64,000 bases of DNA, from positions 1 through 64,000 of the forward strand of contig JAANOX010000227.1 of the NCBI GenBank assembly GCA_020184695.1, written 5' to 3'. The notes below the pieces were generated by a model. The model was given only the letters and a program-made list of their open reading frames with translations, searched no databases and had not been told where the DNA came from. Shown here piece after piece: positions 10,288 to 22,165 of this stretch. Made by a program: the position numbers and the translations under genes. This stretch comes from Histomonas meleagridis 2922-C6/04-290x (Eukaryota; Protista; Parabasalia). The first letter of the stretch is position 1; every line of letters starts with the position of its first letter.

Positions 10288-13200
10288 TTATTTACGTGAA
10301 ATGTAATTTGTTAATTTATCGACAAACTCCTTAAACTCGTGTTCCAATTGGTTTTGCAGCGGCTTAAACTCTGGCTGACTCTCGTCCACCCATTTTCCGT
10401 GTATATCCAAAGCCTTCTTCAGACCATTTATTGTATCCGTGAACATCTTCTTTAGCTTTTCCTGATATTTATTATTTTTCTCCATTTTGTTCAAGAAGAC
10501 CTCCGCTATCTTTAGTGGTCCTTCGTTCACTTGTGCCAACAATGTACCATGTAACAGTCTCTGTATTGCTTGGCAATCCTTACTTTGCACTGCATTCTCC
10601 AACGAGATCAATTTCTCCTTTAATTGTCGATACGACACACGAATTGGCGGAAACTCATTTTCATCTTGTGATATCACTTCTTGTATCTTTGTGATGAATG
10701 GCATTGCATATTTCACGTTGACTATAGTTCTTCTAATCCATTGTTCATCGACATTACCTTGAGCTTTATTCGAGTCTTTTAAGAACGGCGCTTCGAATGA
10801 AAATCGTTTCACGAAATTATATTTATAAAATTCGCAATTTCTTTCGTTAAGTTCTTTCCGACTAAAATATGGCTCAATGAATGTGATTTGGATATAACCT
10901 TTATCTTTTTCAAGTTTACTTTTGTCGATTTCACCTTTTTCTTTAATTAATTCTATTTTATTATTGGGACAACGTTTTTGTTGTGTTTGGATTAATTCAT
11001 CCGAAAATTCATATAAATGAATTAATGATTTCTCATGATAAACAAATGTTTTATCATTATATATATCACCAAAACATTCACCGAAATAAGAAACTTTAAA
11101 ATAATGTCCAAAGATTCGTTCAGATTTTTGTGATACATCAATAATAGCTTTTTCGAATATGTTCAAATATTTAAATATCTTCGATAATGTTAAATATGCA
11201 CGTGTAGATTCATATAGAGGCCAAGCAATATTTAATAATAATAATGAAACTTCATATTGTTTTGTGGTTAATGATTTCTTTATGATATCATATACTAATA
11301 AATTTAATGCTTTAATATTAAAGTTTGGATTATCACAAAAACCATTTAATGGTTCGATTTTATCATATTTAATATAAGCGAAATTAGAAAATGTACAAAT
11401 CCCTTCTAAAACTTTCGACGAATGTAATGTATTATAAAGTTGTGGGATTTTCTTTAATAATGTTAATAACTCTAACATTATGGCTACTTGTAATATACGG
11501 ACTTGTACTGATTCTGCTAAATAACCTTTATCGCGTTGATAATTTGCAAATTTATTTAATATGTCATTAGTAGAATCAGGTGAAACTCTTAAAATTTCAA
11601 CTTTCTTAAGTATTAATAAATTATATGTATTAATATCTAAGTCATATTTAATTAAAACAGATTCGATTTCAATTAATGAATTAATATCATTAATAAATTG
11701 TGTAAACATTTTATTTTCTGGTTCTTTTTCAGGTTTAACTAATTTAATTAATTCTAATTCTTCTTTCTTTAAATTAGATATTGATCTATATAATGAAGGA
11801 CGTACTAAATTTTCATTACGATTTATTAATTTATAAAAGAATTCGGATATTAATGATGATTGAGTTGTTTGTTTTAATAAACATTTAAATAATGTTGTAG
11901 GCGCAGGTTCAATATTTTTAAGGAAATATATTATATCTTTTAATCCAATATCAATTAATTCTTTTAAATAACAATGATAAATAGTAACTTCAAGAATTTG
12001 ATATTGGAAAAAGAATCGAAATAATAATGTTGTAATATATTTCATTGATTCTTTATCTTTACTCGCAAATTTAATGAAGTTTAATATCGATAATTCTGCA
12101 GAGAAAAACATTTCTTTTAATCGATTAATTTCTGATATTGGAGCATTACTAACTCGTGGAATACGAATATTACGTGATATCGATATTAATGATTGTGTAA
12201 CATTTTCTTTATTTGAATTTATCCACCAATTACTTGTCTTTTTATTATATTCAAGGTTTTCAATCAAGAATATGAAAAATATTTGTTCGGATACAAATTC
12301 ATTTGTTATATCGATCTTTTGTAATGGACTTAATTCAGAAATATATTCATGCATAGCCATACCTATATCATGACGAATTTTTTTTGGATATAAAGATATT
12401 AAATCTAATAATAATTTATATATTGAAGGGAATTCATCTTTACCTAAAATGACTAATTTTAATATTAAGTCATGCATTGATTGGATTTCCATGATTGAAC
12501 AATAAAACAATTTCGGCTTTAATACTTCTTTTAAGAAATGTTCTAAAAATCCAGATGAATTAGCTAACATTATTTCGACTTGATAACTTATTGCATAAAT
12601 AGTTTCTTCATAAAAGCCACTATTAAAAAATACATTTAAGAAATTCGCATATTTCGTTAATGAATCAAATGGATCTGTTTCTTTAATAGTGGAATTACTA
12701 AATGACATTGAAAACTTACTAAAAATATTACCTATTGAAACATCACAAGTAATATTTAATGATTTTAAGATAATAATGAAAAAGAATTCAATTAAATCTT
12801 TGTCTTTCCGTTCTCCTCCTGTTATATTTTTATCCATATATTCTGCCCAACCAAACATTAAATTAAAATGATAATCATTATTAATTTTACGCATTGATAA
12901 ATTCGTTGCATAAATATTTAAATATTTTAATGTATTATTCCGCATATAAGAAGTTGATCTTTCTACAAATGTAATTAATCCTAAAATGGCTTCCTTAGGA
13001 TTAGTTAATAACATTTGTGTTAACAAATCTAAAATTAAATAAAATTTCGTTATAATATTTTCTTTTGATATATTTGCAATATTATTAATTGCTCGTGAAT
13101 CAATGAAATCTCTAAGTGCTGAATCGGAATAAAATAATGATGTATCAAACTTAAGATCAATTGTAGCACAATTATTAGTATCAATTTTCTTATCTTTATT

Positions 13201-14847
13201 TGTAATTTTATATTTCCCTAAACGTTGATAATAAATATTTTGTTGATGAATTCCATCCAAAACTAAATTATTATTTTCCATTAAATTAAAATATGTAGAA
13301 CCTATAAAACGTCGATCTGTTTTTTCTTTTGTTTCTTGAGCTATTAAATGATAAAATTCGATACATATACAAATGTTTTCTCCGACTGGATATGGTAAAT
13401 CAAATACAAATGTTTCATCAAAAACTCCTTTTTCTTTATGATAATAACATTTCGTAGAACCTCCAAAACTTCGTTTCGATTGCATTTTACTATGATGTAA
13501 TTCTAATGGTTGTGAATCACAACTATTTCGTAATGTAACTATACCAAATATATTCCGTCCTTTAATACCATTTGGTAATTTAAATGTTGCAGTTTCAATT
13601 GTAATTTGTACTTTATGACTTAGATGTAAATTAGCGTTCAGTTGTTGTGGTATATTCTTTATAAGTCGAACTGCATAAAAGTCTTTGTTTGTTAACTCTT
13701 CAACATATGATACTGATTCCATTGTAATTTCGAAATCAAAACTAAACTTATATTTCGGCTTGATTTTCTTGTTCTTTGCTGACTCAATTAATGACTTTAA
13801 ATGTGATCCTGTCGGAATAGAATCTAATGGATATATATTTTTGATTTGGATACGTGAATTAGATAACATATCCTTCAAATCTAAAAACGCAAATGCAAAT
13901 GGTGTGAAAATTTCATGGTTACGTGGCCATGTTTTGGATAAATTCTTCATAACTTGTCCACTTTTACCAGTGGCATAATACTCATTAAGATCAACAGATC
14001 CACCAACAATTAAGATATTAGAAATAAGAATAACAAAATAATTTTGTGCAGTCATGTCAGGAAGTTCAAAGGCAGCTTTATGATTTAGATTAATGGCAAT
14101 GTCGAAATGCTTTTGATAAATTTCAATATTAGCTGTAGGATAAAATGACCATTCTTCTGATATAAAGCTCTTCTCTGACATGAGACGTGCAACTATTTGC
14201 ATCGGCGCAATAATAGGAAATGCTGATTGAAGATTTGATAATGATAGTGTGATAAATTGTGTCGTTGGAATTGGTGGCGCTTGTAATAAAACAAGCTCGT
14301 TTTGGGCTGGCACATCAGGATGTTCAAGAAAATAACTTTCAATGATATTAGATTTGAGATCTTTATCAAGAACAACTTTTGCGGATTTGGCATCGGATTC
14401 ACTAAGAAATATAAGATTACGTTCTGGAATGGTTGAGGGTGGTCGACTTGATATTGTACAATTGGGAATTTCAAAAGTTTGGCATTTCTCAGATTGAAGT
14501 TGAATTGCTGGACAAGTTCCTTCAATAGAAATTTCACATTTGTAAGGATTGTCAATGGTTTGAGATGGTTTTATTTTGGCCATCCATGGATATTCCGAGA
14601 AAGTTTCCTTATTATTTTGAATCCATTTTTGAATTTTGCTGTTAGCGGCATCAAGCTCTTCATCATCTTGAATTTTAGGGAAATCTATTTCAACTAACTC
14701 AACAGAGAGTGTTTGTGATTCTTCGGTAATATCAGAAACTTTTTTTCCTTTCTTATTTTTTTTACTCTTCTTATCAGGGGACTTAACTTCTTGTGTTACA
14801 GAGGTAGAATTGTTGAATTGCGTTGATTCTGATTTCTTGGTTTTCAT
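10288..14847 (-). CDS. DOCK-family Rho GEF (DHR-1 C2 and DHR-2)
   Basis: C2-DOCK-like FDETFVFDLPYPV...IEFYH; DHR-2 RIFGHYFKVSYFG, GYIQITFIEPYF, LQRLLHG-like IQRLLHGTLLAQVNEGPLKIAEVFL. Confidence 0.9.
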   Translation of the reverse strand: MKTKKSESTQFNNSTSVTQEVKSPDKKSKKNKKGKKVSDITEESQTLSVELVEIDFPKIQDDEELDAANSKIQKWIQNNKETFSEYPWMAKIKPSQTIDNPYKCEISIEGTCPAIQLQSEKCQTFEIPNCTISSRPPSTIPERNLIFLSESDAKSAKVVLDKDLKSNIIESYFLEHPDVPAQNELVLLQAPPIPTTQFITLSLSNLQSAFPIIAPMQIVARLMSEKSFISEEWSFYPTANIEIYQKHFDIAINLNHKAAFELPDMTAQNYFVILISNILIVGGSVDLNEYYATGKSGQVMKNLSKTWPRNHEIFTPFAFAFLDLKDMLSNSRIQIKNIYPLDSIPTGSHLKSLIESAKNKKIKPKYKFSFDFEITMESVSYVEELTNKDFYAVRLIKNIPQQLNANLHLSHKVQITIETATFKLPNGIKGRNIFGIVTLRNSCDSQPLELHHSKMQSKRSFGGSTKCYYHKEKGVFDETFVFDLPYPVGENICICIEFYHLIAQETKEKTDRRFIGSTYFNLMENNNLVLDGIHQQNIYYQRLGKYKITNKDKKIDTNNCATIDLKFDTSLFYSDSALRDFIDSRAINNIANISKENIITKFYLILDLLTQMLLTNPKEAILGLITFVERSTSYMRNNTLKYLNIYATNLSMRKINNDYHFNLMFGWAEYMDKNITGGERKDKDLIEFFFIIILKSLNITCDVSIGNIFSKFSMSFSNSTIKETDPFDSLTKYANFLNVFFNSGFYEETIYAISYQVEIMLANSSGFLEHFLKEVLKPKLFYCSIMEIQSMHDLILKLVILGKDEFPSIYKLLLDLISLYPKKIRHDIGMAMHEYISELSPLQKIDITNEFVSEQIFFIFLIENLEYNKKTSNWWINSNKENVTQSLISISRNIRIPRVSNAPISEINRLKEMFFSAELSILNFIKFASKDKESMKYITTLLFRFFFQYQILEVTIYHCYLKELIDIGLKDIIYFLKNIEPAPTTLFKCLLKQTTQSSLISEFFYKLINRNENLVRPSLYRSISNLKKEELELIKLVKPEKEPENKMFTQFINDINSLIEIESVLIKYDLDINTYNLLILKKVEILRVSPDSTNDILNKFANYQRDKGYLAESVQVRILQVAIMLELLTLLKKIPQLYNTLHSSKVLEGICTFSNFAYIKYDKIEPLNGFCDNPNFNIKALNLLVYDIIKKSLTTKQYEVSLLLLNIAWPLYESTRAYLTLSKIFKYLNIFEKAIIDVSQKSERIFGHYFKVSYFGECFGDIYNDKTFVYHEKSLIHLYEFSDELIQTQQKRCPNNKIELIKEKGEIDKSKLEKDKGYIQITFIEPYFSRKELNERNCEFYKYNFVKRFSFEAPFLKDSNKAQGNVDEQWIRRTIVNVKYAMPFITKIQEVISQDENEFPPIRVSYRQLKEKLISLENAVQSKDCQAIQRLLHGTLLAQVNEGPLKIAEVFLNKMEKNNKYQEKLKKMFTDTINGLKKALDIHGKWVDESQPEFKPLQNQLEHEFKEFVDKLTNYISRK

Positions 14848-15860
14848 TTGAAATGAGCCAAATTTTTCATTATTTAACGTTTTTCCCTATTCAAAAATTA
14901 GGTTTGACAATTTAATTAATTGAATATATCCGCTGTCCCGGTATAAATCTAATAAATTAAGTTTTTCCGCTAAAAAATTCCGAATAAGAGACTTTATCTT
15001 TATTTATGAATTGTAATTATTGTGTATATTATTCACTTTGAATAGAGTTTTATATACAAATATTTTATTATGCATTTCTGATAATTATCTAAATATGATA
15101 CCTAGAAATATTTAAAGAAAAAAATAAACATATTTTATGTTTTTAATAATATTGGGAATACTATTTATTAAAATAATATTATGTGGCTTATACATTTTTG
15201 ATTTTATTTCTTTGCCGTGTCAGTTTTTGACAAGTAATTCTGCAAAAATAATGATTATTTCCATATACAACAATCACTTTTTCATATTTTTATTTGCCGT
15301 AATTAATAACTTATCAAGTAAAATTGGAATCTTTAAACAAATCATGTAAATTTTAATGAGAACTTTGCCAATGACAATATTTTTTATCTAATGTTCCTTT
15401 TTGGAATTATATTTAATATTGTGATTTATATTTTTGATTAAAATATTTTATTCTAGAAAATGTTCATATAGCTTATATAAATTTTAGAAAAATTATTGAA
15501 TTCAGAGTTAAAATTATTTTTTTATTTATAATATATTATACTTACAAATATATACGTTTTTCTCCAACAATGTATATTTCAATTTAATTTTCTTATTTAT
15601 TTTGTTTTACGGATGAAATTGTCTTGTGTTAAGTGATTAACACAGCAACTGTAAAACCGATTTCTTATCAAATTTTCTTAGCAATTGAAAGCCATTATTG
15701 AAAAAGCAACCACTTTTTCGTCGTTTCCGTTTAATTTCAGAACGAACAGACCTTAGTCAAAAAAATTTCAGAAGATAACAGTTGAATTGATTTATTGTAC
15801 CAGCGTCCATTTGTGTGTAAACCATTGATTTTTATGCACAAAAATTACCCGAAAATTATT

Positions 15861-18497
15861 TTATTCATCATTCCTTTTCTTTAAGTATATTGAAACCATT
15901 ACAACTATAATTACGACTATGCAAACAACAATTACAATAGCAGCGATTATACCACCACTTAATCCACCATCATCATTATCATATGTTTCTACTATTTGAT
16001 TCTTGAAGAAAGGAATATTTGGAGTATCTATATATGATTTTACATCATCCATATAAATTACTCCTTTTTTACATGAACTTAATTTAATATAATCAAGTGA
16101 AACGAATTCTTCATTTGTATTATTAACAATAGTTTCCATATCATTAATTCTCAAAATATAAAATTCGGTGAATTTCTCCGGATTAATATTAACTTCGAAT
16201 TCTATTTTCACCCATTCATTAGCGGTATAATTTGCGACAACATTACCATTGACCAAAAAATGTCCATTATTAATAAATATCCAAGGCCCCAATCCTAAAA
16301 GCTCATAAATAATATCAGCGTTATCAATAATATATAACATAAATGAAAACGTTGCAGTTCCATTAATAAATCTTGGAACAAATTGTATTGTTCTACATGT
16401 ATCATCATTATTCGTTAATTTAAGAGAATGTTCTCCACTATATGATCTCTCATTCGTGATTTCTGCTTCCGAAGGTTTATCAATTCGTTTATAAAAAGCA
16501 GATTCCGTCGTACGTTCAAATGATTCTTCACCTATTAATGGAGGCCTTTGAAGACTTTCGATTGGATCATGATAATTATAATTCTTTACTATCTCTTTAA
16601 ATTCATTAGTTATAACACCGAAACTATAATTAAATGGTTGGAAGCCAATTTTTTGGATGTTTTCTAATGACTTAAAATTAAAGTCACCATTATAAGGATC
16701 ATTAAATAATGGATCTAAAATGAAAGAGTTTGTATCATAACTTAAAAGTTTCCATTCGGAGAAATTCTTTCCAATCCAAGTTAAATCATAATTATAATAA
16801 TTCCAATATAAGTTATAATCTAATTGATTAACAGAATTCTCATTTAAAAATGGACCTTCTATTGGATATGATTGAACTCTATCCAAGAAAAATATGTTTC
16901 GTTTTATGTCAAATGTTTGTTCATTATCTAACGAAGAACCATAAGAAACGCCGGTTCTACAAAACGCAAAAATATTATTATATATTGAATGTCTAATTCC
17001 ATAATTCAAATTAAATGCGGAATGAGATAAATTATATATTAAATTATTAGTTGAAATACTTCCACTTGAACCTGTATCAGGATAAAGTCCATTACCACAA
17101 TAATTATCAGTATAAAAATCATGTATCAAGTTATGATTAAATGTTACACCTTTTGGATGACGCCCATAAAACACTGCTGCTATATCATCAGTAATACCAT
17201 AACCTGAATGATGTAAATGGTTATTTTCGATTAATACATTATGCGTCAATGTAAGATTATATTCAACAGAATTACCGAAAAATATTAGCGATGAAAAACC
17301 ATCAGAAATATCACAGTTAGTAATATATGTGTTGTTACAATCAGACCAAAAGTTAATTCCAAACCCATGTGGTGAATATTGGCCAATTTTTCGTATGATG
17401 CAATTATTAACGCCGCAATTCCTCGCGCCACCAAAGCCACATCCATCTCGACTTGTATCTTGAATAAGACAATTTTCAACAATAGAATCATTCGACATTT
17501 GATAATAAAAACCACTATAACAATGTTGAAATGTGCAATTTGTGATTTTTAGATTCTCAAAATTCATTCCACCAAATGCATGTAAATTACTATAATATAA
17601 ATTGAGGTTTGATATCGTTAAATTTGGTACTGCATTGAAGTCAAATAATGTGTTGGTAATTGGAATATAACATTCGGCATGATTCATGTCTTGATTAGAA
17701 CGTGGATAATAATATAAGGTGCCATTGGGGTGATGATAAAAATCACCTGGTTCTGTTAAAAAGAGATGTGAACCTTCTAAATAATAATAATTATCAACAC
17801 CAATACACCCAAACTGATTAGAAGGTATTTCTTCGGACTTAAGAGCTCTGGAAATTATCATGTGATTTTCAACGTCAATTCTTAAAATTGATATGCGATC
17901 ACAATACCATGCATGATGTACAACTAATGTTACATTTTGGAGCTCCTCGGTAGTAAGGATTTGAAGTAAATCAGTACAATCTTGTTGAACAATGAAATAT
18001 CGAAGATAATAATTTGGATCTTCAGGATCTTCAAAAACTTCATACCCTAATAATCTAGAATAGCTCCATTTGTCTGGTGCTCGGGATGGCATCGCTCTTT
18101 CTTCATTGACAAATAATTGATCAAATTGTTTCGGATAAAAAGTGGTCCAAAGGTTTTTATAAATAGTGCTCTTAGTCCAATTTACAATTTTTTCTCCACC
18201 ATGAATGATAACTTTCTTGCCATCTTCTCCTTTTATATTGAGTCGACGAACTCTTGATTTCGGATAATCCCATCCCATGATAGCAAAACCATCTGAAAAG
18301 TAAGTACCCTCCTTGAATATGATGGAAGCTTCATCAACATCATCTGATGTTTGGCTTATTTTTGATCGGATATTTGCAAAATTAGAAGAATTTAAAGGAT
18401 ATTCATAACTTCCATCATAAGTATCATTCCCATCATTTGAAACCCATAAAATATGTTCTTTGCAATTGCTAAAACAAAAGATGAACAAGAAAAACAT
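15861..18497 (-). CDS. Membrane-anchored right-handed beta-helix protein, GH141-like
   Basis: Signal peptide; VSNDGNDTYDGSYEYP, FDQLFVNEERA, YYLEGSHLFLTEPGDFY, GLYPDTGSS; C-terminal TM GGIIAAIVIVVCIVVIIVVMV. Confidence 0.7.
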   Translation of the reverse strand: MFFLFIFCFSNCKEHILWVSNDGNDTYDGSYEYPLNSSNFANIRSKISQTSDDVDEASIIFKEGTYFSDGFAIMGWDYPKSRVRRLNIKGEDGKKVIIHGGEKIVNWTKSTIYKNLWTTFYPKQFDQLFVNEERAMPSRAPDKWSYSRLLGYEVFEDPEDPNYYLRYFIVQQDCTDLLQILTTEELQNVTLVVHHAWYCDRISILRIDVENHMIISRALKSEEIPSNQFGCIGVDNYYYLEGSHLFLTEPGDFYHHPNGTLYYYPRSNQDMNHAECYIPITNTLFDFNAVPNLTISNLNLYYSNLHAFGGMNFENLKITNCTFQHCYSGFYYQMSNDSIVENCLIQDTSRDGCGFGGARNCGVNNCIIRKIGQYSPHGFGINFWSDCNNTYITNCDISDGFSSLIFFGNSVEYNLTLTHNVLIENNHLHHSGYGITDDIAAVFYGRHPKGVTFNHNLIHDFYTDNYCGNGLYPDTGSSGSISTNNLIYNLSHSAFNLNYGIRHSIYNNIFAFCRTGVSYGSSLDNEQTFDIKRNIFFLDRVQSYPIEGPFLNENSVNQLDYNLYWNYYNYDLTWIGKNFSEWKLLSYDTNSFILDPLFNDPYNGDFNFKSLENIQKIGFQPFNYSFGVITNEFKEIVKNYNYHDPIESLQRPPLIGEESFERTTESAFYKRIDKPSEAEITNERSYSGEHSLKLTNNDDTCRTIQFVPRFINGTATFSFMLYIIDNADIIYELLGLGPWIFINNGHFLVNGNVVANYTANEWVKIEFEVNINPEKFTEFYILRINDMETIVNNTNEEFVSLDYIKLSSCKKGVIYMDDVKSYIDTPNIPFFKNQIVETYDNDDGGLSGGIIAAIVIVVCIVVIIVVMVSIYLKKRNDE

Positions 18498-19138
18498 TAA
18501 ATATAATTTGATATGAAATCAGAACCACTTTTTCAATGATTGAACTGTTTTCCGCATTGAATTTTGAATTTCTTATGATCTGTTATAACGCATATCTGAA
18601 AAGTGAAAAATATTGTATACTTTATCAAGAATAAAAGAAATAGCAATCGTAAATCCTTCAATTCTGAATGATTTCCGTTATTTTATAAAATAACAAAAGA
18701 ATTCCCAATGGTTGTGATTAATTTGCAATTTAGAATTAAAAATAATTATTTCGAAAAATGAGAAAGGACAAGAAAGTTTAAAGAAGCATATTATTTACAA
18801 TATATTTACAAAAATATTTCTTTGAGTACTGTTTAGATACCTAATTTTATATTGATTAAATATTCAAAAGTGTGAACATAGTCATATGCCTGTGCTTTGT
18901 GTGGGAACATATTTATTTACTTTTGACCCAAAATTTTCTTAATCTTGTCTAAACAATGTTAATGGAAAGAATTGTAGTAAGTTAATATAAATTGAACATT
19001 TCTTGTAGGCTAAGTACTTGATAATTCTAAATTACATTTTTTTCAAATTTATACTCAGATTCAGATTATCAAAAAATCCAAAATTTCTTTGTTAACATAT
19101 TTGATAAAGTCAATTTTATGTAACAATTTCATTTGATT

Positions 19139-19750
19139 TCAAGTGCACCAAAGTACCAGATTGATATATTTAGTTGTTGGTACAAAAGTGTTTTTATGAA
19201 TAATAGTCATGGAAAAGCTTAATGGCACAAAACCTTCTTTAATTAGTTTCTTATGAAGTGCAAAATCATTCTTTGAAAGTTCTTTATAATTCTCCTTGAT
19301 ATATTTCACAAATTTATTGCGATAATCTATTTTATTAATTTTTTCTAATGACATATTTGTTATATATTGCATAAAATATAAGGTTTCATGAACTTCAAAT
19401 TTTTGATGATTAAATATACCTAATTCAATCAACATCGCAATGAGATAATTTGATTCTGAACAAAACTTCCTTAGAAGATAAAATGTGAATATGTCAAATA
19501 TTTTGTAATTAATTTTTTTTGTTTCTTCAAAAACTTCTATTTCCTTTAAGAAATCTAAGTACAATTCAACTTTGCAATTCCTTTTTGTTATAAATGACAA
19601 GAATATCATTTGAGCAATAATTAAGTTAAAAGTGTAAGGAAATTCATAATCAAATCTTTCTTGTATTAACTTTGCACTATCGGAAATATTTTCACTGCAC
19701 AAATCAAAAATAATCTTCTTGATGAGGTTGGTTGTTTCCAATTCAGACAT
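19139..19750 (-). pseudogene. Truncated N-terminal part of a DUF3447-type ankyrin family gene
   Basis: FPYTFNLIIAQMIF and NYKELSKNDFALHKKLIKEG match the N-termini of the 27948 and 59782 genes; homology ends abruptly, with no ankyrin repeats. Confidence 0.6.
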
Positions 19751-20399
19751 TTAAATCAAAGGCCGGGTAAAAGTGCTCAAATACGATATCCCCACTGTTT
19801 TTTGTGTTTCATTTGGGACCAGATCTTCTCCCAATCAATCCATCATGCATAAAACAAGCTAGACTATGAGATTTATTTAAATTTTTGATTCGAGACTCAT
19901 TATATAAAAAATTCTTTCTTTGATAAAAATAAGGCTACCGATCAAATATACACAAATTTTTCAGAGCAAGCTATATCTTTAGGTTTGCTGCAAACCGAAA
20001 ATTGAGATCCCGTTTTACTCTTTCTATATAGTATATGTAAAACTCTATGATAAAATTTAGTTACTTACTCCCATTTAACTAAATATTTTGGTTAATGTTT
20101 TAAATTTAACAATATGATAAAAGAAGGAAGCATTGACAATAAGTTTAGGTAATTTTATTAAATAACAAAGATATATCATCTTGTTCAAACTTAATTCTCA
20201 ATCATTTAATACTTTCATCAGTTATTTCATAAATGAAAGATTTTAATTTATATAAATTATTAATACATTAATTTTATGAAACAAATTGATATCAAATTGA
20301 AAGAATTTAATAAAAGGGAATGTGTATTAATATTTATATATATATAGATTTTGTTCATAGTATAAACTCACAAGAATCAAATTTGATTGATGCCTGGGC

Positions 20400-21851
20400 A
20401 TGATTGCCTTACATACATTTTTAATGACTCAGGTCGAGAACCAGAAGACAATGAAACTTATACTGCGACAAGTTTACTTGCCATTAGAGATTTATTTGGA
20501 ATATATGCATAATTTATTGATAATGATTATATGCTTACTAATGGTACTATAGTTTAACCTAATTATTTGTATATTTCTTCTGAAAATATATCCATACAAC
20601 GAAAAGCTTTATTACCAAATCATCCATATAAGATTGGTGATATTGGAACAAATTTGCATGTTCCAAGCACAGATACATTTTATTATGCAACTATAGGCGA
20701 TGTTTGGATGTCATTTCATGGCTCAGGTGTTCAGAAATATGAATATGGTTTACAACATAATTTTTATCTTGTAAAATATAAAAATACGGCTGTTATACAA
20801 GCAGGTCATAGTGGGTGTGAATCAACTTATGATGAAAGGAAAATTTTAGCGAATTTAATTCATGATTTAAAACTCAAAATAATTATATGATTGATTATTC
20901 AGCACAAGATTTTTTGCCGCCTAATATTACAGAAATTACATTTGACTCTATCAATTATAATGTTCGAATAAAAGCAGAAGATTTTGGTTCAGAATATAAA
21001 TACAAAGTTCAGGCAATTAATAAATCAAATGATAATATTTATGATGAGTCTAATGAAGTTGAAGTTACAGTTACTACAAGAATAGATCATTTTAATTATA
21101 CAATAACACCAAATGAAAGTGTTATAATCAGTGAACTAGCGAATAAAATAAATGGAACAACAATTCCAATCACATTTGATCAAATACAAAATCAAAATTA
21201 TGTTCACGTTGTTGCTATTGACAAGAAATTTCTTCATTCACTCAAAGCAACACATTTACTAGATCCAATTCATTTACTCAAAGCAATACATTTGCAAAAA
21301 GTAATTCTTTTTCTCAATCAAATACATATACTAAATCAAATACATACATAAATTCAAATACTTTTTTGGATATAATTTCATTAAACTCGAATTTAACACA
21401 TTCGTTTATTTTAACAAATACTTTGTCTGTTACGATTACGATTTCTCGAATTTCAATCAATGCAAATTCATTTGTCATTTCTTATATTGGCTCATCACTG
21501 ACTTATTCTATTCTTAATTTTGCTTATTATGAATATCAAAATGTTTTTTATGCAACTTATTATGAATATTATTCCAATTTCTTTTTCACAATAATAAATA
21601 ATCAAGAAACAATAAATAAAAGAAATATTTCGAAATCTCTTCTAATTGGCCTTATATGTTGTGCAGTTGCAATGATTCTGATAATTGTTGGAGTTATCCA
21701 CTTTTTAATCAAAAGAAACAAGAAAATAATTTCAAAATCAAAAAATACGTCAACAGATACTGAATCAAATAATGAACAAATTGTTAGAAAAACATTTAAA
21801 AATCATATGTTAAATGAAAAAGATCCAAGATTTAACTCACAGGAAAATTAA
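20400..21851 (+). pseudogene. Frameshifted surface protein: bacterial-like domain, FN3-like segment, Ser/Thr stalk, TM
   Basis: Three ORFs join through 1-nt shifts near 20870 and 21223; AVIQAGHSGCESTYDERKILANL, YKYKVQAINK, SFTQSNTFTRSNSF stalk, TM LLIGLICCAVAMILIIVGVIHFLI. 5' end decayed. Confidence 0.6.
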
Positions 21852-22165
21852 CTTGAATAAACATCACTGTAGTATGTTTAAACGAACGAGGAAAAAAAAT
21901 ATTTGGAACATACATTGTATGCATACAAAAATTTAATCAAATATATTTGTAAAAATGCTTATGCTAACAATTTTTTTATCAAGCAAACCTTAAAAATGTG
22001 TATAATACCAACATTCTTATTTCTACCAAAAACATTTTTTTCTCCATCAATGTTTCAATGGTTTATGAGCGTTGAAATTTAACCGTTGAAATTGAATTAA
22101 GATGAAATTTTGAGGTTAACGGTTCAAAATCGTTCTCCAAAATTCGCAAATTTACATCATTTCAA

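Noticed and set aside
15136-15175. TAT-GTTTTTAATAATATTG-GGA-ATACTATTT resembling spacer subtypes 3 and 4
   Set aside because: Spacing is 16 nt, there is no flanking ankyrin coding sequence, and it could be chance in AT-rich DNA.
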